NCBI GenBank assembly: GCA_964016885.1
Contig: OZ024741.1
Coordinates: 109,988,001-110,052,000, forward strand
DNA length: 64,000 bases
Origin: Eledone cirrhosa
Taxonomy: Eukaryota
Reading direction: 5' to 3'
Of the stretch, positions 44,981-57,335 are shown in pieces (within the stretch, counting starts at the first letter, position 1; each line of letters opens with the position of its first letter). The notes under the pieces are model-generated. The model was given only the letters and a program-made list of their open reading frames with translations. It made no database searches and was not told the DNA's origin. The translations under genes and the position numbers were made by a program.

Positions 44981-45498
44981 CTAAACCTGGAGAAACAGTT
45001 TCGTTTCACTGCCAGATGACGACCTGTCGTCACTTTCTGAACAATGGCTGACCAAGTCTCTGTTGTTGCAAACTGGCTTTGACAATGACGTACCGGAAGT
45101 TGCAGCTTCTGCCGCCACCGCTGCTACGGCGGAAGCTGCCGTTGCGGCAGCCGAGCCAGCTTCCGTCGTTTTAACTGCCGATGCTGATTTGGGATTTCTC
45201 GAAGATGAATCCATGGCTGAATGCTTGGTTGTATGAATTCCGTTGACAACAAAATGGTCATTGGTAGAGCTGGGGTTGCTGACACCGGAAGCAGGAGACT
45301 GGAAGCTGTTATATTCAGTCCGCTGTCGAAGTAAATAAAGGGCAAACACTATGAGGGCTAACAAGATACAAACTCCGACCACAGGTATTGCTATGTACAT
45401 TGGGTTGACACTCTTCGTGTTAGGACGACTAACAGTTTGTAGGTGGGACACTGGGTAGATGGTTGAGGGTCGACCACTTGATGGGCTTGAAACTGTAA
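44981..45498 (-). CDS. BAMBI: BAMBI-like pseudoreceptor, last coding exon (stalk, transmembrane helix, kinase-less Ser/Ala-rich tail)
   Basis: Acceptor TTTTTTACAG| at 45499/45498 joins in frame (A+TT=Ile). TM segment IAIPVVGVCILLALIVFALYLLR resembles vertebrate BAMBI IAVPIAGGLILVLLIMLALRMLR (from memory). No GS box or kinase; ends KLFLQV-TAG at 44981. Confidence 0.88.
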
Positions 45499-45581
45499 CT
45501 GTAAAAAATACATATATAAGATATCTTTGTAATTATATTTATCATTTTTATCGTTAAAAATATATTATCATTATCATCAGT

Positions 45582-45786
<205 letters not shown>

Positions 45787-45949
45787 TTATTGCCTTTCAC
45801 CCTTATGGGGTCGATAAAATAAAGTACCAGTAATGTACTGGGTAATTGCTGGCCTTGTGCCAAATGTAGAAACAATTATTACTATTATTATTATTATTCT
45901 TTGAGTCTCAGTCATTGATGTTAGTTAACTGGAAAGTATGTTGAAATGA

Positions 45950-46760
45950 ATATCAAGCCACAACCTGCAGCCTCAGATATTCAGGACGTATCAGAGGGTT
46001 CTTGCTGTTCCCAGCAAGCATGCCTTTTGAAGCGTTCCAAAAAGCGTGGCGGGGCCAATTTTCATTTAACCATCCCTGGAAACCTTTTGAGATAGTCCCT
46101 AGTGCGTCTATGACAATCGGGATCACTTTGACTTCATGGCAGTTCCAAATCCTTTTTACCTCCCACTTTAAGTCCTGGTATCGGTTAATTTTCTCCATCT
46201 CCTTCTCTTGCACTCTCGTGTCGAATGGGCAGGCCACATCCATAATCAGGCATGATCTTGCACGATCTTTTTTCTTTGTCCACAACCACCAGGTCAGGTC
46301 TATTGTGTTCCAGTTTCTTGTCCGTCTGTATCCTAAAATCCCACAGCACCTTCACCTGATCGTTTTCTATCACCGCCTCTGGCTTATGCTCATACCACTT
46401 CTCAGAATGTGGTAAATTGTTTACTTTGCATAGGTGCCAGTGGATCACCCTGCCCATCACATCATGTCTCCAGCCCTTATAGTGAGTCTGGGCTAGTGTT
46501 TACACTCGGATATAATGTGAGCCACAGTCTCCTCTCTCTCTCCACAGATCCTGCACAGTGGGCTAGCCTCCTCCTTGTAAATATGGTGTTTCAACCACTT
46601 CGTTTTGAGGGCCATTCTCTTGCGCAGCCATTAACATTCCTTCTGTAGCCTTTTTAAAGTCTCCTCTTGTCAACCAGTTCCATATCTGTGGATCTCTGAA
46701 TTCAGTTTTCTCAAAGAAGGTACTATGAAGGGATTTTTCCTGAAGGCAGCTCTTTCTCCT
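45950..46760 (-). mobile_element. R4/Dong-like LINE 3' fragment (restriction-like endonuclease) in BAMBI intron
   Basis: KWYEHKPEAVIENDQVKVLWDFRIQTDKKLEHNRPDLVVVD, IMDVACPFD..EKINRYQDLKWEVKRIW. Confidence 0.9.
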
Positions 46761-46789
46761 TGTTGTTATTTCCTATTATTATTATTATT

Positions 46790-46975
46790 TGGATTGGCAG
46801 TATCGGTAGAGGGTCGGACGCCATGCTTTCCAGCATAGTTACGTCCCTTTACGATCTGAGTTCAAATCCCGCCGAGATTGACTTTGCCTTTCATCCTTAT
46901 GGGGTCGATAAAATAAAGTACCAGTAATGAACTGGGTAATTGCTGGCCTTGTGCCTAAAGTAGAAACAATTATTA
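46790..46975 (+). mobile_element. tRNA-derived SINE
   Basis: Family consensus with (ATT)n tail. Confidence 0.85.
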
Positions 46976-46999
46976 TTATTATTATTATTAGTAGTAGTG

Positions 47000-47030
<31 letters not shown>

Positions 47031-47390
47031 CAACAGCAGGTTTTATTTCTGGTCTCGACATAATGTGTTTACAGAGCGTTCTGTTAGTCTTTTGTTCATT
47101 CACATTGTTCTAAAACGTTTTTTGCTGGAACCTTTGCAGGATGGTTTTGTAGCTAAACCAAATGGAACCATAGAAAACCGGTCGGTTTTCCCCCATCTTC
47201 AGCCGTAATAGGCAAAATCTGCGATTAATTTGTAAACCCCATCTTAACGTATTTTGAAAAAAGCATAGCGGATAAAAAAATGTAATCCGCAGAAAAAACA
47301 ACCATTTATCCACAGAATGGAACAGCCAAAGATCCAAAAATTGAAGAACTGCAGAAGATAACAACACCAATTACTACTACTACTACTATA

Positions 47391-47512
<122 letters not shown>

Positions 47513-47513
47513 G

Positions 47514-47546
<33 letters not shown>

Positions 47547-47563
47547 ACTACTACTACTACTAC

Positions 47564-47605
<42 letters not shown>

Positions 47606-48015
47606 ACATCACGTAAAGTAACAGGTGAAGACAAAAATGTCTTTCCAGATTTAAGGGAATCAGTCACCGCCGCCATGACAATGACAAAACCTAACACAAT
47701 ATAAAACAACAACAGTAGTTCCACCACTGCCGCCACCACATCTACAACTCCTCCTCCACCACCACTAGAAGAAACAAACAACAGAAGCAACAGTGACATG
47801 AACAATAACACTAACGACAAGAACTTCAATAACATGAACAACAGAAGCAATAACAACAACTTTGCACCAACGGCTGCAAAAGCAGCAGATCGTTTTGAAA
47901 TTAGTATAACTGATAAAGACACGTGTTTGGCACAAGCGGCCAAATTGATCAAAAACATGGGCCGATGTAACCATCCAGTCCGATTGCGATGTGGGAGCAC
48001 ATGAGCCGTACATGG

Positions 48016-48183
48016 CGGAATTCACACAACCAAGCATTCAGCATTGGATTCATCTTCGAAGAATCCCAAATCAGCATCGGCAGTTAAAACGACGGAAGCT
48101 AGATGAGTTACCTCAACAGCAGCTTCTGTCGTGACAGAAGCGATGGTGACAGAAGCTGCAACTTCCGGTACGCCATTGTCAAA
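48016..48183 (+). pseudogene. Inverted partial duplicate of BAMBI last exon (matches 45078-45242) within the preceding intron
   Basis: CGGAATTCACACAACCAAGCATTCAGCATTGGATTCATCTTCGAAGAATCCCAAATCAGCATCGGCAGTTAAAACGACGGAAGCT...GAAGCTGCAACTTCCGGTACGCCATTGTCAAA aligns to the exon's mRNA-sense sequence; about 5 mismatches in the first 85 nt; in-frame TGA after TTEAR. Confidence 0.92.
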
Positions 48184-48639
48184 AAGACTTTAACCTATAG
48201 TGTGTCTCCTCAATGAAGTGCCGACTGGAGACAGCTTTACACACATAAGTTGAAAAGCCTTGAAGAAAATATTGCTCAGCATTTAACATGTCGGATGCGC
48301 AAGGCAGTTTAGGGACATATAAGTGCTTTTTAAAAGTAAATCCCTCGCGTTTAAACTTTCTGTTGTCTCTTGTCAGTGCGATGAATATTTTATTTAGAGA
48401 GAACAGTAAATATTCGGAATTCCATAATTTCATTAGAGTTGGAAATCTGTTGGATCCTGGCATTCGCTGTCCTGGAGAGAAACGACACCATTATAGGAAT
48501 TATAAATAAAAAAAAAAAGCCAGCTGGAAAACTGGTCTGAGATCAGTTTGAAGATATTTTTGCACCATCGTCAACAAAACCGGCAAGGTGGGTTTCCAGT
48601 TAACCATCCTTCCCCTCTCCTTTATACACACTCACACAT

Positions 48640-49450
48640 AGACTTCATTGACACTTACACCCCATCAAGGTCTGATGTTTAAGGCAAGGGAACCTTCCCA
48701 TCCCACAGATAAGAGGAGGAGGAATTCCCCAGCACCCAAAACAAAATGCATAAAATATTTAATAAAGACTATTTGTTTCATGCAAACATCCCAGAAAATA
48801 CATAATCGTTCGGGAGAACTTTCGGTCCGAGAACTACGGACAATTTCCAGAAATCACTGGCCTGGCAGTGCTTCCGGGAGGCAATTGCCGGTTCTACTGG
48901 AACAGGAGTGCTGTTGTACTGGCTTGTCCGAGATGCAGGTCGAGTGACGAAAGTATTCTCCACACACTCATCCAGTATCCGAGCATTGCTAACTAGCGTA
49001 GTCTTATCAAACAGCTATTATCGTGTGTAGGACGGATCCGACTATCAACCGAGTCATGAAGATCACCACGTCACCTTCTTTTGGCCGGGAAGGACAAGCA
49101 GTTTCCCTCTGCCTGGTGATTGTAGCGAAGGTTGTGTGGTGGACAAGACTAAAACGATTGAAAACTGACACGTTCTTCTTCGGCCAAACCCTCATCAATT
49201 TTTTCAGGTTCAACTTAGAAAGGAAGGTGAGGGTGGAGAGGGAAGTACTTCCTCCAATTATATTTTTTTAAAAGATGAATGCATGTAGGGAAGATGGCCC
49301 AAATGAATGGTTCCACTGTGAGAAGGCACCTGTAGGCTGGAGAGTTCCGAGGGGAGAGGGACACCTTCTTATGGTGCTCTTGGCGATCTGGGTGATTTCG
49401 GATCTTTGGGTTTTCTACATTACACCTGGGTGGTGCTTCCTTCAATCAGG
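48640..49450 (-). mobile_element. Degraded Tx1/L1 3' fragment
   Basis: Segment 49007-49270 resembles the 3' part of the Tx1 copy at 20380-20700 (REGQAVSLCLVIVAKVVWWTRLK vs NEGEAVFLCVIAMAKEVLWWTRLK). Because that peptide reads on + here, the strand assignment is uncertain. Confidence 0.55.
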
Positions 49451-50070
49451 GAATTCTGTTGATTACATTTTCTTGTTACCTTGTTATCTGCTTTTTCCCT
49501 TTACTCGATTTAAGCAAATCACCACTCCCCTTGTTCATTTGTATTGTCTTTTTTTTTGTTTCGTGTTCAAATCCCGGCGAGATTAGCTTTGCCTTTCATC
49601 CTTACGATGTTGATAAATATGGTACCAGTAACGCACTGGGGTTGATTTAATCGACTTTCCCCTCCCCAAAAATTGATGGCCTTGTGCCTATATAAGAAAC
49701 CATTATTTAAGGTTTCAGAAATACATCAACAGAAATATCTCTTGAATAGAAATGTTCTAGTTTAATGAAAACATCCAAGGTTAACAAATATACGAGAATT
49801 TTCGTGCTGTATTATCCAATAAGTACTTTGTTTTAATGAGTGATTCAATGCAGATGTAGCTGCTATTTCTATCAGGTGGAACAAGCCAGATTATAAACCC
49901 TGACTGCATCATAGAAAACACTAGAAATAAAAGCCTTTAGTATTTCTAACAAATACTACATTCGTTTTGGAAAAATAAAAGATAGTGCAGGATCTTCTCT
50001 AAAGCAACCATCTCCTATATAACAGACAAAAAAAAAAAGAAAAAAAAGGAACCCCAAACAGGGTACTTAC

Positions 50071-50349
50071 TCTTATTTGTGTTGGGTAATGTCGGTAAGA
50101 CTTGCTGGTTACAGAAGTCTTCATCACAGCAATGTAAATACGGCCATGGTTTATCAGTGTGGATGTTTTTGGGTCGTCGGTTCTCACAAAGCAGCGTCAC
50201 TTTTCTGTCTATGCAACCCCTTACAACAGAACCTATCTGTGAGCCATCATCGTTGGCAAGTATTTCCACGTAGCAAGCATATCTCGCCGTACAGCTTTGT
50301 GTACGTTCCTTTCCGCATTCTTTTGTGCTACACTTGCATTCAATTGCAG
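50071..50349 (-). CDS. BAMBI: BAMBI-like pseudoreceptor, internal exon encoding the activin/TGF-beta type I receptor-like 10-Cys ectodomain
   Basis: Translation AIECKCSTKECGKERTQSCTARYACYVEIL...VRGCIDRKVTLLCENRR...WPYLHCCDEDFCNQQV has 10 Cys and the CCxxxxCN box. Acceptor TTTTGTTCTCTCTGATTTTAG| at 50350/50349, donor A|GTAAGT at 50071/50070; 279 nt, phase 1-1. Confidence 0.88.
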
Positions 50350-50602
50350 CTAAAATCAGAGAGAACAAAAATCATATTAGATTACTTGCATGCAATACAC
50401 ACATACACACATATGTATGTATATATATATATATATATATATTAGAATTGGAGCTCTGAAATAGCAATATATATATGAATGTATATATAATGTATTTTGC
50501 AATACACTTTATGCTTAATTAAAAGTATTTTGAAGACCTATGCTATTGTTTTAGAGTAGTGACAAACTCACTTACTTTAATCTCAGCAAACAAGGGGAGA
50601 TA

Positions 50603-50647
50603 AGCCGACAAGGCCTTGTTTCGCATTTATTGATGCTTATCAAGGCT
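50603..50647 (-). ncRNA. Type I hammerhead ribozyme with U3-A8 core variant, intronic and sense to BAMBI
   Basis: AGCC-TTGATAA-GCAT caataa ATGC-GAAA-CAAGGCCTTG-TC-GGCT: stems I, II, III all pair, GUC cleavage triplet, imperfect stem I extension over about 50582-50671. Confidence 0.8.
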
Positions 50648-51289
50648 AACTACTCCCTCCTGTCTACTGAGATCACTGATGTTATATTCTTATAGAATTC
50701 TAGTAAATAATCAGTAAATAATTTTTAATTTCTGCCTGACCGGCAACCGCTCTGTATAATCAGTTCCTGATTATACGTGTGTGTGGGTGGGGAGTGCATA
50801 TACACAACTAATATCGTCGATTGCCCTAACCTATAAACAAAACACTCCTAATTCCCGTTAAACCAACCGTAGACCCACGCCAGCCATTGGTATGGGGAAG
50901 AGAGACGTTAATATAATAAAATAAGAGTGTTTTAGTTTGCTTGTGTGGAAGTGATAATTGATTAAATCAACCCACTTCTTGATTGGCGCTTTATTTTATC
51001 GACCCCAGAAGTATGAAACCAAAGTTGACCTCAGTGGGATTTGAACTCAGAACGTAAAGATCCAGAACAAACATTTGTCCGGCGCTCTACCATTCTGCTA
51101 ATCCATCGCCCTTAAATAATTTCTAATTTCGGCACAAATCCAATAATTTGAGAAATGTAAGACCCTTACACCGACCGCAGTATTTGACTGGTACTTTATT
51201 TTACCGATACTGGCATGATGAAAGGTAAATATGATTTTGGAGGGATTTGCAATCAATACAGAAAGAGCCGGAACAAACATTGCCAGACA

Positions 51290-51762
51290 AACTCCGCCAG
51301 TTGCAGACTGCGCATTAACATGTGATATCTCTCTCCACAAAGTTCGATCACCAGCAGCAGAGTTCAAAGAGCAAAGATCAAGTCCAGTCCATAAGTTGAC
51401 ATTGTCGAGCCATCGTTTTGGCTGCTGGCCTCTGCTTCTCTTACCAGCCTACCTTCCTTCCAGGCATAACCTACTCACACTAGTTTGAGTACTCTTGGCT
51501 TGACAATTGATGTAATTGGTCTAATTTTGGTAATGTTGAGCAGTTCACTGATACAGATACGGTCGCTGAGCCGCTTGCCAGTCTCATGATGTGGTTCTGG
51601 AATGTAGAGAGCTGCTGAAGTGACCTTGCCGTCCAATTAACACAGTCAAGACCATATAACATAACTGGTAGGGTGTAAGTATCAAAGATCTTAGCCTTCA
51701 AATGATAGGAAACTCGTTTTGATGTTAGAACTTTCTTGTTCTTGTTGAAAGCTGCCCAACCT
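51290..51762 (-). mobile_element. RTE-clade LINE fragment
   Basis: KAKIFDTYTLPVMLYGLDC..W; downstream RGQQPKRWLDN and AGDRTLWR. Confidence 0.75.
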
Positions 51763-52084
51763 AAACAATTTAATTGAGAACAGATACATCGAGTTTATCG
51801 ACCCCAGTACTTGACTGGTAGCTTACTCTACCGACCCCGGAAGAATGAAATACAAATTTGACCTTGACGGAATTTGAACCCAAAACGTATAGAGCCGGAA
51901 CAAACACAGCAAGACATTTTCTCCAGTGAACTAGAGAGGTATGTAAATTGTAAAATAACGATTGACAAAGCTGATAAATGTCTAGAAATGGTGAATAAAG
52001 GACGAGACATTCGGAACAGACGACAGGGAAAGAGAAATAAGAAAAGAAAAGAGAAGGCAGAAAGAAAAGAAAAGAAAAAAGAAC

Positions 52085-52117
<33 letters not shown>

Positions 52118-52550
52118 GGAGAAAGAGAAAAAGTAAGAAAGATGGCGTCAACAGATTTTTACTAAAAGAAAAGACGAGAAAAAGAATTAAAATTCTTCAG
52201 TTGTCTGAGAGAGAATTGGTTGATATGAGATGGCAGAGAGTGGTGGGGGTGCGGGCTTGATGGTTGTGGTGATGGTAGTGTTGGTGATGATGGGGTTGGT
52301 GGTGGTGGTGATGATGGTGGTGGTGATTGGGTTAGTGGTGGTGGTGGTGGTGGTGGTTGTGGAGATGATGCGGTTGGTAGCGTTGGAGTTGGTGGTGCAG
52401 GTGATGGTGGTGCTTGTGGCGTTAGTGTTGTTGTTGTTGTTATTGATGGTGGTGGTAGTGTTGGTTATGTTGATGAAGGTGATGTTGGTGGTGGGATTGC
52501 TGTTGTTGTTATTGTTGGTGGTGATGGTGGTACTGGTGGTGGGATTGCTG

Positions 52551-52582
<32 letters not shown>

Positions 52583-52856
52583 GTTGGTGGTGGTGTTGGT
52601 GGTGGTGTTGGTGGTGGTGGTGATGGTTAGCTAATATAGCAGAGGGGGAGGCGACACAGGTCTGGGAATGATAATGGAAGTGGAGGCTGGAGATAAAAAA
52701 AAGCAGACCGACGAGGGATATATTGGGTGTGAATAAGTAAAGGATTTCAAGGTAAAAGAGAAGGGAGTATGTGTGTGTGTTTGTGTGTGTGTTTGTGTGT
52801 GTGTGTGTATGTGTGTGTATGTGTGTGTCATAGGTTCTGGTTATTGTGGTTGGTAA

Positions 52857-52896
<40 letters not shown>

Positions 52897-52898
<2 letters not shown>

Positions 52899-52974
52899 GG
52901 GTATCCCAATAAATGTATATACACATTGATTAGAATGCTGTTAAAGTGTGTATACATTTTTGGGGGACACCCTG
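52897..52974. mobile_element. 78-bp Tc1/mariner-type MITE hairpin
   Basis: CAGGGTATCCCAATAAATGTATATACAC ... GTGTGTATACATTTTTGGGGGACACCCTG. Confidence 0.75.
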
Positions 52975-52981
52975 TGTGTGC

Positions 52982-53046
<65 letters not shown>

Positions 53047-53081
53047 GAGAGAGAGAGATAGAGAGAGAGGGAGAGATAGAG

Positions 53082-53157
<76 letters not shown>

Positions 53158-53192
53158 TACCAACCACAACATACACATGTATATATATACCA

Positions 53193-53235
<43 letters not shown>

Positions 53236-53250
53236 ATGTTGAGAGCAAGG

Positions 53251-53331
<81 letters not shown>

Positions 53332-53700
53332 GGCGGGGAACAGAAAACTGACAATATTGGATTACATGGGATTAAGTCAACAAAATAAACAGTGACAGAA
53401 ACACTGGCGTTGGTGGTGTTGTGGGGCTGGTGGTGTCTAGGTATGTGTATATAATCTCTCTATATATAATATGTACGTGTGTGTATACAAATATATATCT
53501 AGATAAACATGTATACACCCTCACCCCATATATATATATATATATGTATGTATATATGTATATATATATATATGTATGTATGTATGTATGCATATAATGT
53601 ATGTATAGCTTGTCTTTATTTAAATGTTTAATTAAAATAGTTTCCTTAATACACTCTTGTGTATTTCCACTTTTATTATTTACCTGTGTATATATATATA

Positions 53701-53788
<88 letters not shown>

Positions 53789-54424
53789 CTACCAAAATTC
53801 CTGGCGTAGCCTAGACAGCAAAATAGTTATCCTGTAAGACATGAAATGGTTTCTTGTTATGTTCTAGTAAATAGTCTACCCCATTGACCCACAAATATGA
53901 GTTCCATAATTCAATTGTATAAATATCATATAGCCAATTCATGCTTATTAAGTAAGAACACAGTATTTAGTGAAATGTAAGAAATGGAATGGGTTTCCCT
54001 TATGTTTACACTAGTCTGGTGTCTCTTGCATTGTGCTACAGATACAGTTATATTATTTGTAATTTAATTATGTAAATGCCATTGAGCTACTTCACGCTGA
54101 GAACGTAGGATTAATTGAAAGTGGAAATAGGTATTTTATTTGAAACTATTATTCAACAAAATATTATTTAACCATTTATTCTTGTAATGCCTTACATATT
54201 GATTGCGGGGTAAAATCAAAACCTCCGCACCACAAATGCCACAAAAAGTACATAATGAACCAGAGTACATTAACAACAGAATATAGAATGGTGATAGTGA
54301 GAAAAAACATAGCCACACTGTCTCTCACTTCCCAGTCTTAGAAATAATACATCCGTTCGCATACACTTGAAGTTATACCAGCATTATACCAGTATTATGA
54401 AATATCCACAAAAATGAAAGGGTA

Positions 54425-54635
54425 TTCGATACTCTGGAATATACTAATACACACAGACAGATATATCATGATTAATCGACCTGATGTTGTTATCAATGAC
54501 TAGTGAAAGAAATGTCTCCTAATCGATGTATCAATCCCACTAATTCATATTGTGTCTCTCAAAGAAATTTAGAAATTATTTAAATCTAGAAGTCTTGTAT
54601 TAGAGATAACACGGTAAGTGGGTGTGTAAAACAGA
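54425..54635 (+). mobile_element. R4/Dong-like endonuclease remnant
   Basis: ILWNILIHTDRYIMINRPDVVIND..KCLLIDVSIP, with stops and frameshifts. Confidence 0.6.
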
Positions 54636-55320
54636 AGCAATTGTTAGAGTAAAACATATAAAATAGGTTTGAGATAACCTAATGAGTGGGAAGGAAAGTG
54701 TTGGGTGGTAAACCACACTTGGAAATAAAGTTATTCTCTAAATGTGTGGTACTCGGAATGTCCACATATTTCAATATTGGTAATGGCTAAAAAGTAATTA
54801 AAAAACTATGCTTGCCAATTGCAGTTTGTACAGTATACACTCTTCTAGTGGCATCTTGTGTTCTTCGTCCCCATCATAAATGTGGTCATGTATTGTAAGA
54901 CAGAACTAAATTACACCGCAATACACATAGCGGAAGACTGACAAATGTTTTTCATAAACATCCTGTATACAACACGCACATATATGTGTATAATGCTATG
55001 TTGGAGCACCTATACTAAAGTTTTTAATTTAAGCGTATGTCACTCCGTATGCAAGTGAGATTCATCAGCTCATATACAAAGGCGAGAAATCTATAAGATT
55101 CAAGCTTATTTTTGTCACAGTGGAAACAGAGTGGATATATAGTTTTGACAAACACTAAGAAGTGAGAAACAACGTTATTAGTTGCCACCCCTGATTTTTT
55201 CTGAGACAAAGGATGTGTGACAGCGGTCACAACCTTAAAAGATTCATAGCAGAAGGCTGTCAAATCTTTTTCATAAACATCCTTTATACAACGCGTACAT
55301 ACATTTATAACATGTATATG

Positions 55321-55357
<37 letters not shown>

Positions 55358-55360
55358 ACA

Positions 55361-55421
<61 letters not shown>

Positions 55422-56524
55422 GTATATATATATACATGTGTGTGAGTGTGTGTGCGTGCTTACGCACGTGTGTGTTTTTATATATATATATATACATATA
55501 TATACAAACACACACTTGCACACGCACGCGCACACACACACACTCATACACACACTCTCTCACACACGCGCGCGCGCACACATATATATATTGAAAGAGA
55601 GAGAGAGAGAGAGAGAGCGGGAGAGAGAGAGAGAGAATGATGAAGTAATATCAGTGGAATGTTATTTACAATTGGTGGAAAGGAAACAAGAGGATATGTT
55701 AGAATTAAGAAGAAAAACAACTGTGAGAAAATGTATTACTTTCCTACCACCTTATTTACCTCACCATTACCACCACAACCATCACCACCACTATCAACAA
55801 CACCATCCCCATCACTACCATCACCCTCACCACATACCATCACTACTATCACCACCACCCACTCTCTTCACTACCGTTACCTCCGCCATTACTACCATCA
55901 CACAAAAATTTTGTATCAGTTATTCACAAAAATAATGAACAAAACTTAATTACGTTTACACACATCATATATATATATATATATATATAGATAGACATTT
56001 TTTTAGCATACGCAGCGTGGAAACTTATTTAAATATATGAAGGCAGTAGAAACATTGAAATTCTTTTACATCGCTGAAACAATTTTTGTTGTTGCCATTA
56101 GTATAAGAAGTATTAGTATTTGTAATATAAGGAAGGTGATACAAAAATATAATATTCTTGAGATATCATCTATCTCAAATACTGATATACAACGGCTCTA
56201 TAACGAACAATGCCATGTATATCTTGTCTGTACAACTGTCTCCATACTCGTGAAACCTCTACCAACCTTAACACATGCATTTCTATGCACATGCAGTGCA
56301 GAGTATCTTTTCGCCACTGCTTCCTTTTTTATGAATCGTAAATAAATGAGGTTTATAGCGGTAGTTGTTATTGCTGTTTTTTTATTCTATTCCGAGCAGA
56401 CCTATCAACAAAGTTGTTCTAGCCGTGCACACCCGTCTTATATCGTACATAATAAACCTAGAACAACACACTCAGATATACCCTTCCTTTAAGACAATAA
56501 AATGGTTTGGATTTGTGTTTCAAA

Positions 56525-57335
56525 GCTTACGTTAACATCAATAGGGAAGCCAAGAACCTAGCCTACACTCATAACGTACATAAGCAACTAGGATGCCTAG
56601 CTACGAGCGACGCCTTTATCACCCTTAAGGATCACAAGACCGATTTTTTTACCAACCCCACTTGCAGACTGTTGAATCCAGCACGGACAGAGATGGGGCT
56701 AGTTAGTAAATCTATACTTAGAGGACTAGTTAAGTTCATTAGGAAGAAATCCAACCTGACCCAATGGGAAAACAGGGACTCTGTTGTTAAGTAGTTTAAC
56801 TCCTTCAACACCAACACATCTAAATTCAACCAGTTCGATATAGTGGAATTCTACCCATCTATGTCAGTGACCCTGTTGGACAAGTGCTGGAGTTCGTCAC
56901 TACCATACACCTCCGTCTATGACTTGGATAGACCGACTGCAGAATAGCCCTCCTCTTCAGTAATGGTGTAGCTTGGGCAAAAAAATTAACTACCTCAGAA
57001 CAATTCGATATTTCAATGGGATCATTCGACAGTGCTGATGTATGCAATTGGTTGGGTTATATATATTAGATACGTTATGAGTTAAATTCCCGGATTTCAC
57101 ACAGGTTTATACCACGACGACGGTCTGGCCCTATCGAGCCATAAAAGTGGTCACGACCATGACCGATTTAGGAAAAACCTGATAGCTACGTTCAATGAGT
57201 TAGGACTTAAGATCACACTGTAACCACCAGCCTGGCAAGTGTAAATTATTTAGATATCAACCTAGACCTTCACACAGACACTCAGACCGTTATACGAACT
57301 TCTCGCTTGGACTGAGAACTAATGTAGGTAAGATT
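56525..57335 (+). mobile_element. Penelope-like element, RT fragment (left part)
   Basis: AFITLKDHK..F..NPTCRLLNPA..EMG.VSK, QFDIVEFYPS, FDISMGSFDSADVC, GLYHDDGL, VNYLDINLDL. Confidence 0.9.

Noticed and set aside
54136-54318. Hydrophobic minus-strand ORF as BAMBI exon 1
   Set aside because: GTG start, and the GTAAGG donor is phase 0 whereas phase 1 is required.
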